Assembly (NCBI RefSeq): GCF_018350175.1
Contig: NC_058368.1
Location: 191,582,001-191,646,000 of the forward strand
Source: Felis catus
Taxonomy: Eukaryota
DNA: 64,000 nucleotides
Direction: 5' to 3'
This document shows positions 24,660 to 37,246 of this stretch, piece after piece. Numbering within the stretch: position 1 is the stretch's first letter; each line of letters opens with the position of its first letter. Below the pieces are notes generated by a model. It did no database searches, had not been told where the DNA came from, and saw nothing but the letters and a program-made list of their open reading frames with translations. Both the position numbers and the translations under genes were made by a program.

Positions 24660-25105
24660 ATTGAAGTGAAATTGCATAAAGTATGACCCAGCAATTCCAT
24701 TTGTAGCTATACATCCCCAAACTGGTATTGAAACAAAAATGTATACAGGAATGTTCACAGCAGCACTGTTCCCCATAGCCAAAAGGTGACATCAACTCAG
24801 ATGTTCACCAATTGATGAGTACATAAACAAAATGTGGTATATCTATAAAATGGAATATTATTCTTCCATAAAAGGAGTGATACATGCTACAGCATGAATG
24901 AGCCTTGAAAACATAATGCTAAATGAAAGAAGTCAGGGGGAGCCTGGTCAGCTCAGTTGTTTGAGTCTGACTTTGGCTCAAGTCATGATCTCACGGTTTG
25001 TGAATTCGAGCCCCGCGTCAGGCTCTGTGCTGACAGCTCAGAGCCTGGAGCCTGCTTCGGATTCTGTGTCTTCCTCTCTCTCTCTGCCCCTCCCCCACTT
25101 GCTCG

Positions 25106-25137
<32 letters not shown>

Positions 25138-25480
25138 TGCTTTTTCTCTCTCAAAAGTAAATAAACATTAAAAAAATAAAAAAGGAAAAAAGAAAGAAGT
25201 CAGACTTAAAAGGTCATATATTGTACGATTCCATTTACTTAAAATGTCCAGAATAGGCAAATTCATGGAGATGTAAAGCAGATAGTGGTTTGGAGGGACT
25301 GGAGCAAGTGAGAAATGGGAAGTGATTTCTTCCTGTGGGAGGTAGAAATGTTCTAGAACCTGATAGTGGTGATGGTTGCCCAACATTGTGGATGAACTAA
25401 AAGTCATTGGATTATAGATTTGGAAATGGTTACAATGGTGAATGGCATGTTATGTGAATTTAATATCAACACAAATGTAT
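24660..25480 (+). mobile_element. L1MB-like 3' fragment
   Basis: TATGACCCAGCAATTCCA, AAATGTGGTATATC, ATGTTCTAGAAC..GATAGTGGTGATGGTTGC. Confidence 0.85.
24936..25192 (+). mobile_element. CanSINE inside L1MB
   Basis: TSD GAAAGAAGTCAG. Confidence 0.93.
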
Positions 25481-26239
25481 ACGTGTGCATGCATATCACG
25501 AGGACGCATGTTACAAAGCACCTGTACACTGAACCACCAGCCTTGTCCAATTGTAACAAATAGTGTTCATGTGGAGAGTAGAGGGGATTAGCGAACAGAA
25601 AGAGTAGACACTGTACAGGCAAAAGAATACTGAGAAAAAGAGCTGTTTTTGTTTTTGTTTTTCCTAGGAGAACCAACTCCCTATTGATACTCTGCCACTC
25701 AGCTGTTCTTTGCCACCTAAAACATCAAAAGTAGAAATAAGAAAGCAACCTCCTGTCAGGCAGAGAAGCAGATGGTATTGAGAGGGCCTGTCAGGCCAAG
25801 AAGAGGCCATGGTGGGTGCATGGACCATGTGTGGAATCTGAGACGTGCATCCAGAATATCCAGTGTGGTCTGCGAAGCCAATGGCAGATTTGGCCAGACT
25901 GTAGATGGAGTTGCTTAGCAGACCCACAGATATCAGATTTTGACCAGAGGGACAGTGGACAGGTGGAGAGGATGGAGGGACAGCTAGTCATGTGAAGAAG
26001 CATAAATTTGAGAGGATACAGGTTATAAACAGGAAATCATGGAGGAAGTCAAGTTAAGGTAGTTAAGGTAGTATTTGCCAAACACAGTGGGTGTCAGATG
26101 TCTTTTTGGGGGTTTGGTTGGACCTCTCTCATTACCTCTCAAGGCACTGGCATTTCATGAGTCAGAGCAAAGTACAGATGAGGTGAAGCCAATGATGGTT
26201 CACGGAGCTACAAGATAAACACTGATTATAAGAGCTTCC

Positions 26240-26470
26240 ATTTACACGGTGCTGACTATGGGCCAGGCATGAGCTAAGAGCATCACAAGTATTATCTCAC
26301 TTAATACTCACAATTACCCCTCGAGGCAGGCATTACCCCCATTCAATGAGCACTTGGGGAAACTGAGACTCGGAGAGGTTAGGGAATTCTCTCAAAGTCT
26401 CACACGTGGCCAAGCTGGCGTTCGCAAGCTGATTGTCTGACAGTCGTGCCTACTCTTCTGGTCACAGAGC
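26240..26470 (-). mobile_element. MIR
   Basis: ACTATGGGCCAGGCA..GGGAAACTGAGACTCGGAGAGGTTAGG. Confidence 0.75.
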
Positions 26471-26859
26471 TACCTTCTGGAGCAGCCCCACTCACAGAAA
26501 GTGTTCGGGGTAAGGCCGGTAGGCCCTGGACCCATGCTAATCCGACTCAAGAAATTTGCAAAGGGATTTAGAAAGACCCAGCAGCTCATAGTGAAGACAA
26601 CACAAAAACCAGGATGTTAGTACCTGTGAAGCAGGACAGAGATACCAAAAATAGACTTAACAGGTTTCATTGCAGTCATCCATTTACAGAACTATCACCC
26701 CTACTCAACTGAGAGCCCCTAGAAAGCAGGGACCCTGAGTTTTGCACCACAGCAATCAGCACAGTATCTAGTATAGAGTAAGTCTTTAACAAACTTTTTT
26801 TTTTTTTAATAAAAAAAATATACCAGACTGCTGGTACAGTGACTGACAGGAATAATAAG

Positions 26860-27090
26860 TGTTGCTACCTTTTATTGAGTATTTAACTTATGCTTACATA
26901 TGTACACTTTATGAACCTTATGCCTCATTTCCACCTCCCAGCACATGCAAAATGTGCCATTACTCACATTACAGACAAAGAAACTGAGGCGTAAATAACT
27001 TTGCCAAATTCAGCCATCTAGAAGAAGTGAGCTGGGTTTCCAACCCTAATTTCTATGACTCTAATCTCAGGTATTTTAACCTCTTCTCTT
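26860..27090 (-). mobile_element. MIR
   Basis: TTTATTGAGT..ACAGACAAAGAAACTGAGGC..GAGCTGGGTTTCCAACCC. Confidence 0.7.
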
Positions 27091-27759
27091 TCCTATGATA
27101 GACTATCCATCTTTTAGTGAGGAGGGAGTGGATTATTATTGAATGGTGTACATTTTGGCAAAAGAATAATGAAAATGGCACTCTAACATTAAGCTTCAAA
27201 AAAAGACTGCAAAATTATACGTGTGCTTTGATTACACTGAGTGAAAATTCACATACATACAAATGAACCAGCAGGAAGCCCGGAGAATAAAACAGTTGTA
27301 TCAGAATGGTGAGACTGGCTAATTTTCTTCACACTTTGCTTAATTTTGCTACAACCTTATTTTAAGAATAACTAAGACTTGAAAAATACAAGTGCAGTAA
27401 AACAAATTACGACGTGCCCACAAACTGATTGCTTTAGGCAGAATCATTGCTTGAGCCCTGGGTTGTAGGGTCCAGGTTAATTACAGGACATCTCCGGTAC
27501 CATATCTTCCTCAAGATACAGCGGAGCTCTTTGCAACAGGACTTTTGAGTCTTCCTGAATTCTCCAGTTAGGATTACATTTTGAAAATATGATCTACTAT
27601 TCTCCTCAGTGGGACATTCAAAAATATCACTTGCTGTAAATGTAACTGCAAACCAGTTTCTTCTTTCATGTAATCCATGAAACAGTCTCTATATCCATGT
27701 ATATGAAGTTTTATTACCCCTGAAAACGTCAACTCAGCCATCAGTCTTTCGTCCTGGGG

Positions 27760-28130
27760 TCAGTCATCTTTTTAAAAGTCAGGTCAGTATATGGCGCTCC
27801 CCTCCTCAAAAACCTTCTAGCACTTCCCATTAAATAGATGGTAGACAGAACTCTGAGGGCTAATCTCTATTCCCTCTTACCATCCTCTGTAGACTACATG
27901 CTCTACTCACAATTTGCCATTTACGTTCACGATTTCATGCTTCTCTTATAATAGAGACTTGGTCTCAAATGCATTCCCTCACTTGTTAAGTTTTTACTTC
28001 AGGTTTCTTCAAGACTCAACATAACTTCCTCTGTTAAACCTTTAATAATACCCCACCCCCCACCCCCTGGTACAAATGACTCTCAATTTTACAATCGCGA
28101 TGCATAATATTTGCATCGCTAATATCTTAC
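27760..28130 (+). mobile_element. L2 fragment
   Basis: CCCCTCCTCAAAAACCTTCTAGCACTTCCCATT..TTCTTCAAGACTCAAC..ACTTCCTCTGTTAAACCTT. Confidence 0.55.
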
Positions 28131-28221
28131 TACATCCTGTCATTTATTATATGAGAGTCGTAGGTAACATTTATCAAACACATTAGTTAGGCATTCTACA
28201 TGTATTAGCTCATTTATTTTG

Positions 28222-28416
28222 TAATTTTTTTATGTTTATTTATTTTTGAGGGCCTGCGTGCACACAAGAGGGGGGAGAGCAGAGAGAGAAAGAGAATCTG
28301 AGGCAGGCTCTGCATCGTCAGCGCAAAGTCCTACGTGGGGCTCGAACCCACGAGCCCTGAGATCATAACCTGATCTGAAGTTGGATGCTCAACCAACTGA
28401 GCCACCCAGGCGCCCC
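28222..28416 (-). mobile_element. CanSINE inserted in a MIR
   Basis: TSD TGTATTAG(C/G)TCATTTA. Confidence 0.94.
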
Positions 28417-28991
28417 TGTATTAGGTCATTTAAAACAACAACTCCAGGAGCTGAGTACTATTAGCTCCATTTTAGAGAAAGGGAATCAAGGGCTTAGGAT
28501 GACAAAGTGCCTCACCCAAGGGCATAATGAATCAGCATCAGAGACCGAACTCAGGTGGGCCTGAGCCAGAAACCTGTGTTCTTAACCATTACATTAAAGG
28601 AAAACCTTCTTTCTCCAAATTTCCAGTCATCTGCCTGAGAAATTAATTGGAGGCAAGTGGTTTGGATGGCAGAAACATATGCATTTGATGTATATGTCAA
28701 GTGCTTAGTTCCAGCGCCATGCTGAGCCTGAGGCAAAAGGAAAAATCAGTAATACTGATCCCGTCTTTATTTAAAATTGTTTTTTTTTTCCTATCATGGA
28801 TTTGCTTGTGTTTACTTTGATTTAAAATTATTTAAAATATGACATATTATTTATCTTGAATACTGAGTTTGGGGCGTTGTCCTTGTAAATTATACACCCA
28901 AGATGAGTGCTTAACTTGTCTCACCCTAGTCCTTGCCCTACTTAGCACAGTGTCTGAAACAGAGGGCACTCAGAAAAGAGCTTGGATGTTT

Positions 28992-29201
28992 TTTTGTTTT
29001 GTTTTGTTTTGTTTTTCCTTGGATAATGCATTTATTTTTTTTTCAATATATGAAATTTATTGTCAAATTGGTTTCCATATAACACCCAGTGCTCATCCCA
29101 ACAGGTGCCCTCCTCAATACCCATCACCCACCCTCCCCTCCCTCCCACCCCCCATCAACCCTCAGTTTTTTCTCAGTTTTTAAGAGTCTCTTATGCTTTG
29201 G
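28992..29201 (-). mobile_element. Short young felid L1 3' end with extra tail segment
   Basis: TATGAAATTTATTGTCAAATTGGTTTCCAT..CCCCATCAACCCTCAG; perfect 16-bp TSD AAGAGCTTGGATGTTT. Confidence 0.92.
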
Positions 29202-29814
29202 AAGAGCTTGGATGTTTAATTTACATGTCAGTCTTTCCCACAAGACCTCAAACTCCTGGAAGATAGTGACTCTTAAGTGATTCCTTTTTGGACTCTCACT
29301 AACTCCCACACTGTATCTTTTCAGTTAGATCCTCAAAAAAAAAATTTTTTTTTGAATGAAACACATTGCCTCTCCTACTTTCGGCTGTGGCAGAGTCCTA
29401 TTTCACAATGCCCACGAGAAGGTAACTTTTATAGTGAAAAACTTGAAATCTGACCATAGTTTTAATTGTCTATCAGTTGTCAAATCAAATGATCCATGAC
29501 AAACAAAACAAAACAAAACAAAAACAAAGTATTAAAGGTCAACTTTGACTCCTAAAAATCTTTCCCCAAAGTTTTCCCCCACTGAAAGTCTTAAAGAACT
29601 ATTTTTAGTTTCTTTCAAGGATACCTTACAACACTGTAATCCTGCAAACACAACAACAGGACTCCTGCTGTTAATGAGTCATGATACTTTGTATGACTGG
29701 AAAATAGAGGCCAAGGAGTTGTTTCAAGGTTTTGAAAGGTAATGAGTTCTCTATAATTCGTTTTCTTCTACAGCTTTGTGTTGGGAAAGCCATCGACCAA
29801 CTGAAGATACTCTG

Positions 29815-30030
29815 CAGTGTGAAGCAGTTGTTAAATCAAAAATCGAACAGCCTTGGTTTGCATTCTAGATCTGTCACTAACTCTGTGACATTAACAAGCA
29901 ATAGAACCTCCTCAGATCACATCCGAATCATGGAGATAATAGCAGTACCACCTGTTAAGGGACTGTTACGGGTTTTAAGTGAGAAAATGCTACGTCTAGC
30001 ACACGGTAATTGCTCAGAAAATAGTAACAC
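29815..30030 (+). mobile_element. MIR
   Basis: TCTGTCACTAACTCTGTGAC..ATGGAGATAATAGCAGTACC..TTAAGTGAGAAAATG. Confidence 0.65.
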
Positions 30031-30644
30031 ATTTTTCACGTAATACATTTATATTGAGAAGTACCATACGCTAGGTGTGGGGTTAGGCGTTAGGAATGCA
30101 GGTCAGAACAGGCACCCGAGCACACGCAGTGGTTGTTCAAGCAAGCTGTCTTCACTGAGCATCTACTGTGTGAAGTCATTCTACTAGACACTGTAGGGGA
30201 ACAGAGTCAGTGTCTACCCTGGGCGCTGTAGGAGAACAGAGAGGAGAAAGAACAAAATCCCAGCCTTCAAAACAGGAGTCTGGAAATGGGATTCATTTGC
30301 AACAACAACAAAAAAAAAAAAAAAAAAAAAAGAAAGGCTACTAGTAATTAAAGCAGAGAAAATGATAAACAAACGTGAGTTTGTTAAAGACGCACCAAAC
30401 TATATAGTGTTATGGCCAATTCAGTGTAAGAAGGCCTGGAGGGAAATTTTTGCATCTTAGCTCAACTACGTGAAACAAACAGTTTACTCCAGCAAGACGT
30501 AGACAGAATTGCATCCAGCTGAGGGAAGATGTAGATTCTGGCCACCACGTGCACTGGTAATGATGGCTTGGTGAACTTATTTCACCTTTCACTTCTAAAA
30601 CAGGCTTGTTCAGGCGATTAGGGGAAATAACCTTTGGGCACTGG

Positions 30645-31433
30645 TCACTTGAGGTCTTGGGAAACAGATGCATGACCGAATGAGAAGCACAAGAGAGTTA
30701 CTGAAAGAAATTCTGGTGGAAGTGCTATGGGCTGAACTAGAGTCCTCCCAAATTCATCTGTTGAACTCTGAATCCCAGGAGTTCAGAATGTGACTGAATT
30801 TGGAGATAGGCTCTTTGAAGAGCTGATTAAGGTCATTAGCGTGGGCCCTAATCCAAGGTGGCTGCTGTCCTGAGAGGAAGAGGAGGAGATTAGGACCCAG
30901 ACACGCACACAGAAGGAAGACCACGTGAGGACACAGTGACAAGGCTGCTATCTACAAGCCAAGGAGAGACACTTGAGAAGAAACCAATCCCGTCAATGCC
31001 TTGATCTCAGACTTCTCGCCTCCAGGCTGGTGGAAGAACAAACTTGTGTTGTATAATCCACTCCGTCTGTGATACTTTGCGAACGAATACAAAAGGATAA
31101 AGCAGAAAGAGAACGTGAGTGGTCAACGAGAGCCCTCAGGCCACAGTGCAAGTCTGACATCCATAAATGGGAAGACAGAAGAAAGGCTGCTTGGGTAGAA
31201 AGAGCCTTGTCCTGCAGTGCAGTTCCGAGAAAGTCTCAGGCAGGCCCATGGAGAGCTGGGAGCATAGACTGCCTGTTAGAGAAGTGCCCCATTGGGCAGG
31301 AATGGCCTGGCTCTACCGCTGTGTGCAGATCCTGCAAGGTATGTGGCTGGAAGCTGTCAGTTTATTGTACTCCAAACAGAAGGTTCTCCCGTGAAGGGGG
31401 ATGGGGGGGGGGGTATGCCTCCATAGTGGCCAC
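30645..31433 (-). mobile_element. LTR16-like ERVL solo LTR split by a MaLR LTR
   Basis: 31090-31433 resembles the copy at 58160-58620 (GAGAGCC.., CTGACATC, TGGGCA..GCCTGGCTCTAC, CCTCCA..GCCAC). Confidence 0.6.
30724..31091 (+). mobile_element. MaLR solo LTR (MLT1B-like)
   Basis: TGCTATGGGCTGAA..CAGAATGTGACTG.ATTTGGAGATAGG..GGGCCCTAATCCAA..CCTTGATCTCAGACTTC..AATACA. Confidence 0.9.
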
Positions 31434-31701
31434 AGTGAACGGATTTTGAAAATGTTAAAGAAACGTATTATGATGATGGTTACCATTCCCCTTGATGCTG
31501 TTTCTGCCGCTACTATTACTAAATTTGTTCTTTTACTCAGTGAAGGACAAGGACTCCAGCAGACTCCAGAACCTCAATCCCCACAAAGGTACTAGAACCT
31601 AGCCCTCTGCTATATAAAGATATAATGTGGGGTGTCTTCTCTGTATCTTAAGTGGTCTTACCACCTTGCCCAATAGTTCACCATTAGTAATTTATCAGTG
31701 T

Positions 31702-31905
31702 GGGGGCACCTGGGTGGCTCAGTCAGTTAAGGGTCCAACATCAGTTCAGGTCACATTCTCATGGTTAGTGGGTTCGAGCCCTGCGTCAGGCTCTGTGCTG
31801 AGAACTCAGAGCCTGGAGTCTGCTTCGGATTCTGTGTCTCCTTCTCTCTCTGCCCCTCCCCTGCTCATGCTCTGCCTCTCTCCAAAATAAATAGACATTA
31901 AAAAA
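31702..31905 (+). mobile_element. CanSINE
   Basis: TSD AATTTATnnGTGTGG. Confidence 0.95.
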
Positions 31906-32789
31906 ACTTAAGAAGAATTTATAGGTGTGGTTTAAGATGTGTATATCTAGTAATCTCTAATTAATCCAGATTCATCAACACCAAACCTGTGTTCTTAATC
32001 TTGTACTAAACTGGAAATAAATTCCTATATAAGTGTATATACTTATTATTCTTACAATGTTTAGTACAGGTGATGGTCAGTGAAAGTCAGCAAAGTTTTT
32101 GTGGTTGGTAAAAGGCATACAGAAGATAAAATGAGGAAAAACATTAGGATGCATACATTTTGAAAAGCTAAGTAGTGTAGTAAAACCCAGGTCTGAAATT
32201 TTAATTCCTCCTACAAGCTTAAATTAGGTCCCTGGTCAGCTGCCTTCCGTTGAGGCCCTTGAGTCTCAGAGAACTTATTATTCTTTTAGCAATGTCATGT
32301 TTCTTAACTAAAAAGGTAGTCTGGTTAGTCTAGTTAATAGAAAGTTTAAATACAACCTGTATAAAAACAACTAATTTTTCAACTATTTTAAATTAAACAA
32401 AATACACTCTCCATAGAACTTTACAATATACAATTTCTTTTTGTCCTGTGATTCAGTAGCCCCTTAGGAAGATTTTATTGCTCCCAAAGTTACCACTAAG
32501 AGAAAAACTACAAAGAGAAAGTCAGAAGAAATTAACATTCATTGGGAATCAACTTTGTACAAGAAACCAGGTAGGGTACTTCCCACATATTAGCTCATTG
32601 GAATCTCAGAGCAACACAATAAAACAGGCATCTTCATTTTCTGCATAATGAAAATGAATCTCAGAGAGGTGAATGACAGACTCAGAACTCTATAGCTAGA
32701 GAGGCATAGAACCAAGAGATTTGAACCAAGTTGAATCTGATTTTTATTGTTTAGAAAATATGTTTGGCTGACAGTAATACAGACAGTAG

Positions 32790-33094
32790 ATTTTATTTTT
32801 TTATTTTTATTTTTTTAAATATGAAATTTACTGTCAAATTGATTTCCATACAACACTCAGTGCTCATCCCAACAGGTGCCCTCCTCAATGCCCATCACCC
32901 ACTTTCCCCTCCCTCCCACCCCCCATCAACTCTCAGTTTATTCTCAGTTTTTAAGGGTCTCGTATGGTTTGGCTCCCTCCCTCTCTAACTATTTTTTTTT
33001 CCTTCCCCTCCCCCATGGTCTTCTGGTAAGTTTCTCAGGATCCACGTAAGAGTGAAAACATAGGGTATCTGTCTTTTTCTGTATGACTTATTTC
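32790..33094 (-). mobile_element. Felid L1 3' end
   Basis: Same 3' UTR as the 29.0-29.2 kb copy; TSD ACAGTAG. Confidence 0.92.
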
Positions 33095-33134
33095 ACAGTA
33101 GCCTTTAAAAAAAGGTTTTTTGTTTGTTTGTTTG

Positions 33135-33370
33135 TTTTAAAGAGTAGTGGTTTACTCTCATAGAAAAAAAACCCAAAAGTCCAGAGGTAAGCTACATGGT
33201 ACTATTACAGCAGTTCCAGGAAGTTGTCATGGACCCAGAATCTTTCTACCTTTCTGTTTAGCTATCCATGGCACTGCCTTCATCTTCAAGGACACAGATG
33301 GATGCAAGACTTCCAGCTCTCACCTCCAAATCCCAGAGAGAAAAGAAAAGAAGGTGGCCAAGATATATGT
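33135..33370 (-). mobile_element. Old MaLR LTR fragment (MLT1K/L-like)
   Basis: AAGTCCAGAGGTAAG..GGACCCAGAATCTTTCTACCTTTCTG..CAGATGGATGC. Confidence 0.5.
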
Positions 33371-33527
33371 TTAAGAATATGTCTGAAAAAAATCATTGAG
33401 ACTAGAATTGTTTCACCTTACAAATTACCATATTTAAATAATCTTACTTGTGGTGATCTAAAGTTTCTCATTAGGAAGTGGGGAGTGAGTTTTTTCGTTA
33501 GCTTTAAAATCAGATAAACCAGGTTAG

Positions 33528-33565
<38 letters not shown>
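33528..33565. repeat. (GT)n microsatellite
   Basis: Direct reading. Confidence 0.97.
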
Positions 33566-33567
<2 letters not shown>

Positions 33568-33789
33568 CATGCATTTGATACTAAATGGAATTATATCAGA
33601 GAGTTTTACAAATATCATAATTTTATGCGTCCACATGTTCTAAATGCAAAGACATGTTCTCATCAGGATCACAGAAGCAATGAATGTAAGAGCTGGGGGC
33701 TGCTTAGAGATTATCTTGATTACTTACTCTATTTGAGTATTAGGTTTCTACTGTTTATAGATCTCCTTTTCTAGTACACTTCTGTCATA

Positions 33790-34295
33790 TGTGTGGCCAC
33801 CTAGCGTCATTTAAAGCCTTCCTTTGCTTGTGGGCTTTCCCACATTCTGAATCTTTCCTTCACAAGGTAGAAGCCAGAACCATTTTTTCCAGACGTTCTA
33901 GCAACTAGGACACAGGCATTTCATCTAAGCTTCTTCAATCAGTCATGCTCTCTTGGGACTCTGTTCAGAAGGGAGCAATGTGTAGGGATAGGCATGTGGA
34001 ATCTACTTTCTGGTGAGCCTGAAGAATAAATGAGGGCTGAAGGCAGAGACAGTGGTTCATGGGTTGCATCATACACATCATCTGTGATACTAGATTTAGT
34101 ATCTGTTTCTAGCCACTGTGGCAGCACAGGAGTCTCTACTAGGAGGCACAGTCATTCAGGCATTTTTCTCAGATGTATCATCTCCAAGCATGGGTCTCTG
34201 CCCTCCATAAAGACTCTGTCTTTTAGCAAATCCTTTTCCGCCAAAATTAGTTAGCATGGGAGTTCTGTTATTTTCAAATCAATATCATGAAGAAT
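33790..34295 (+). mobile_element. Old ERVL/MaLR solo LTR (LTR67-like; family uncertain)
   Basis: TTTTTCCAGAC.TTCTAGCAACTAGG.CACAGGCAT..CAATCAG; terminal AAATCCTTTTC..TTAGTTAG..GTTCTGTT. Confidence 0.45.
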
Positions 34296-34429
34296 ATACT
34301 TTATTTTATAGATGGAAAGCTGAGACTTAGAGAGATTATGGTTTATAACATCTAGTAATTTGATACATAACAGGATAAAATAGGCACAGATTAAAGAATC
34401 ATAATCAACATGATAGTCAACACATATCA

Positions 34430-36735
34430 GCAGGAGTTGGGAGAATATACTGTGGAGATGAAACCTGGGGTTGCTTATTAGGGGGGACAGATCATTAAAT
34501 TGGACAAAGACGAGTTTCTGTCATAGAAATCCCTTCCCAAGATGTAGGATGGAATATGTTGGCAAAAACCCAAGGAGACAATGATAACACAGAGTTAGGA
34601 TGGCTCTTGGCAATATGGAGAAAGCAGCAGTGGCCTAAACTCAGTGAACTAGATATGCCAAAACTATTATGGCAGATGATCAAAGGAGAGACAAAAAGGC
34701 TAAAAAAGTGTGTGCATGCCTAGAGTATACTTGCTATACAAAGCTAAAAACCAACAGCCAATTATAGTCTGTGTGAAGATGTAGATGTGGAGAATGTCAT
34801 GTTTTACAATGCATTTGGGAATACTGGTGAGCTGGGCACCAGAACCATTGAGAAGCTCAGTGGTGACTGTCCTTTTCTAGACCGGATTTAACAGGAAATT
34901 ATTTTACAAACTGGATTCCTTTATAGAACTGAGGATGACAGTAAATCCAAGTGGTGGTGCTTGACTATTAGAATCAAGGCACAATTATATTATTGTGATT
35001 AGAGTCATAGTGGCAACTAAGAAGGTCTGACTTGCAGAGAGCTACAGAAACAGTTAAAAGAATACCGCATCCCTAGGAACAAGATAGGTGGGCAGCCAAC
35101 AATGGCAGTGCTTAAACCATAGGTCAGCAAACTAAGGCCAAATCCAGCCTACCACCTGTTTTGATACAGTTTATGAGCCAAGAAAGTTTTTCACACCTTT
35201 TAATGGCTAAAAAAGTACAAAGAGTAGTTCATGATAGGTGAAAATTATATGATTCAAATTTGGTATCCATAAACAAAGTTTTATTGGAACACAGCCATGT
35301 TGATTCATTCACATGTTATCTGTGGCCACTTTTGTGCTACAATGAAAGAACTTACTAGTTATTATAGTCACCTTATTGCCCTCAAAGCCTAAAATGTTTG
35401 CTATCTAGACCTTTGCAGAATAAGTTTGCCAACTTCTGGTTTATACTATACAATCAAAAGAATATCAAAAAGACTTTGGCCCACTGTCCCAATAAAAACT
35501 AAATGGTTCCTTTCCTAGTTTTCAGATCAAAACCAGTTTTGAGAAAGGAATTCATTGGTGGACAGTGCCAGGTCTCCAGAGGGAAGGGCAGAACACTTCA
35601 GCAAGAGTATACAGTCCTCCCCCCCCCCCACAAAAATCTACTGTTATTTAATCCAGTAAACCAAGAAAAGAGGAATACTCATATATTTCAAGAATTGTTG
35701 GACACAGGATCTGAGTTGGCACTGATATCTGAAGTGTCATTATGTCCCCCTTTTTAAGTAGGGGAATATTGGGAGGACCAGGTAATAAATGAAATATTGG
35801 CCCAGATTTGGTTACCAATAAGTCTAATTTGTGCATGGACCCAACCAGTGGACATTTCTTAAGTCTCTGACTGTATAATTGGCATAGACATTCTTGGTAG
35901 CTGGGAGAGCCCCCTTATTGGTTCCTTGTCCTCTCACAGTGAGAAAAGCCAAGTGAAAACTTCTGAAACTGGCTAAGACAGTAAATCAAAACTTGTATTA
36001 AGGGAGTGGGGGAGTCCCATGGCAAAGATTAATGCCAAATTAAAAAAATCTAAAATATACAGAAATGGTACACCAATTATTTTTCCCATTTAATTCATAA
36101 GTTCAAGTTCAGCCCCTATAAAAAGCATGTGGGTCCTAGAGAATGAGAGTGGACTACCAGAGACTCAAACAACCATCAGTCCCATTGCAGCTACTGTGCC
36201 CAAAGTTGAAACCTTGATAGAAGAGATTAAGACAGCTCCGGGTACATGTTATGTAGCCAGTGGTCTTGTGAGCACATACTTTTCCATCCCTATCAGGAAG
36301 GAAGATCAGGAGAAGTTCACATTTGGGTAAGATGAAACAGTATAAATTTATAGTCTTGCCTCAGAGTTACATTAACTCTTCTGCCCACTATTAGATCTAA
36401 GCTCTTTTGACATTCTGCAGAAAATTACACTGGTTCATTATATGGATAACATCATTTTAAGTGGTCCAGATAAGCAAGAAGTAAGTATGTATATTTAGGG
36501 ACTTGATAGGATACATACCAGATAGAGGGTGGAAAATTAAACCCTACAAATATATGGTATCCCACCATATCAGTGAAGGTTTTAGGGATCCAGTGGAGTG
36601 GGACTTTCCAGGATCCCCCTCCAAAGTAGGGAAAAACTTTTTTTTTTTTCATCTTGCACCTTCTACTCCTAAAGAAGGAGCACAGGTTCTGGAGGCAATA
36701 GATTCTAAACCTGGTATATTAGATGCGATCTACTC
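34430..36735 (+). pseudogene. Degenerate ERV-L internal region part 1: gag, protease, RT (HERV16/ERV3-16A3-like)
   Basis: Remnant peptides WPKLSELDMPKLLW (gag), LLDTGSELALI (protease), SPIAATVP..YFSIPIRKEDQEKFTF, LPQSYINS, HYMDNI (decayed YIDD); many stops and frameshifts. Confidence 0.9.
35120..35440. mobile_element. MER58B-like hAT-Charlie element inserted in ERV gag
   Basis: GGTCAGCAAACTA..GGCCAAATCCAGCC..AAAGTTTTATTGGAACACAGCC..AAGTTTGCCAAC (inverted termini). Confidence 0.88.
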
Positions 36736-37203
36736 AGAAAATTTTAATATAAAGAATTAGCTATTGACTGGGTTTTGGCTACTAACAGCTAACAAGAACT
36801 TGGAATAATACAAGAATCACAAACCACAAATGAGCAGTCACTACTTAGAACTGAGGCAGGTACCTAAGGTCTTGGAAAAACACCACCCACGGTTGCGATT
36901 CTGACCTCACTGGAGAAAGTATATCTATAACCTACTGGATGGCAGAGAAATTCATCTCTAAGATGCTGCAGTCCCAGACTGAATAAAGAGAAACTGCCTC
37001 CAGGACTACCAAGAAAGCTTGCTGGGAAGCTGCCAATAGGGGACACTACTGAATTCACTGGGAAGTCAGCTGAAGCCTGTAGAATTCACCAGAAGTTTTT
37101 GTAAGATTTGTCTGAAACTCACTGGGAGTGAGCTCTACTCGGGGTCTGAGGTACTAGCTCAGCCACCTAGAAACTAGTAACAAGGAACATACACCAGAAC
37201 CAA

Positions 37204-37245
<42 letters not shown>

Positions 37246-37246
37246 T
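37204..37246. repeat. (AAT)n microsatellite within LTR
   Basis: Direct reading. Confidence 0.97.
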
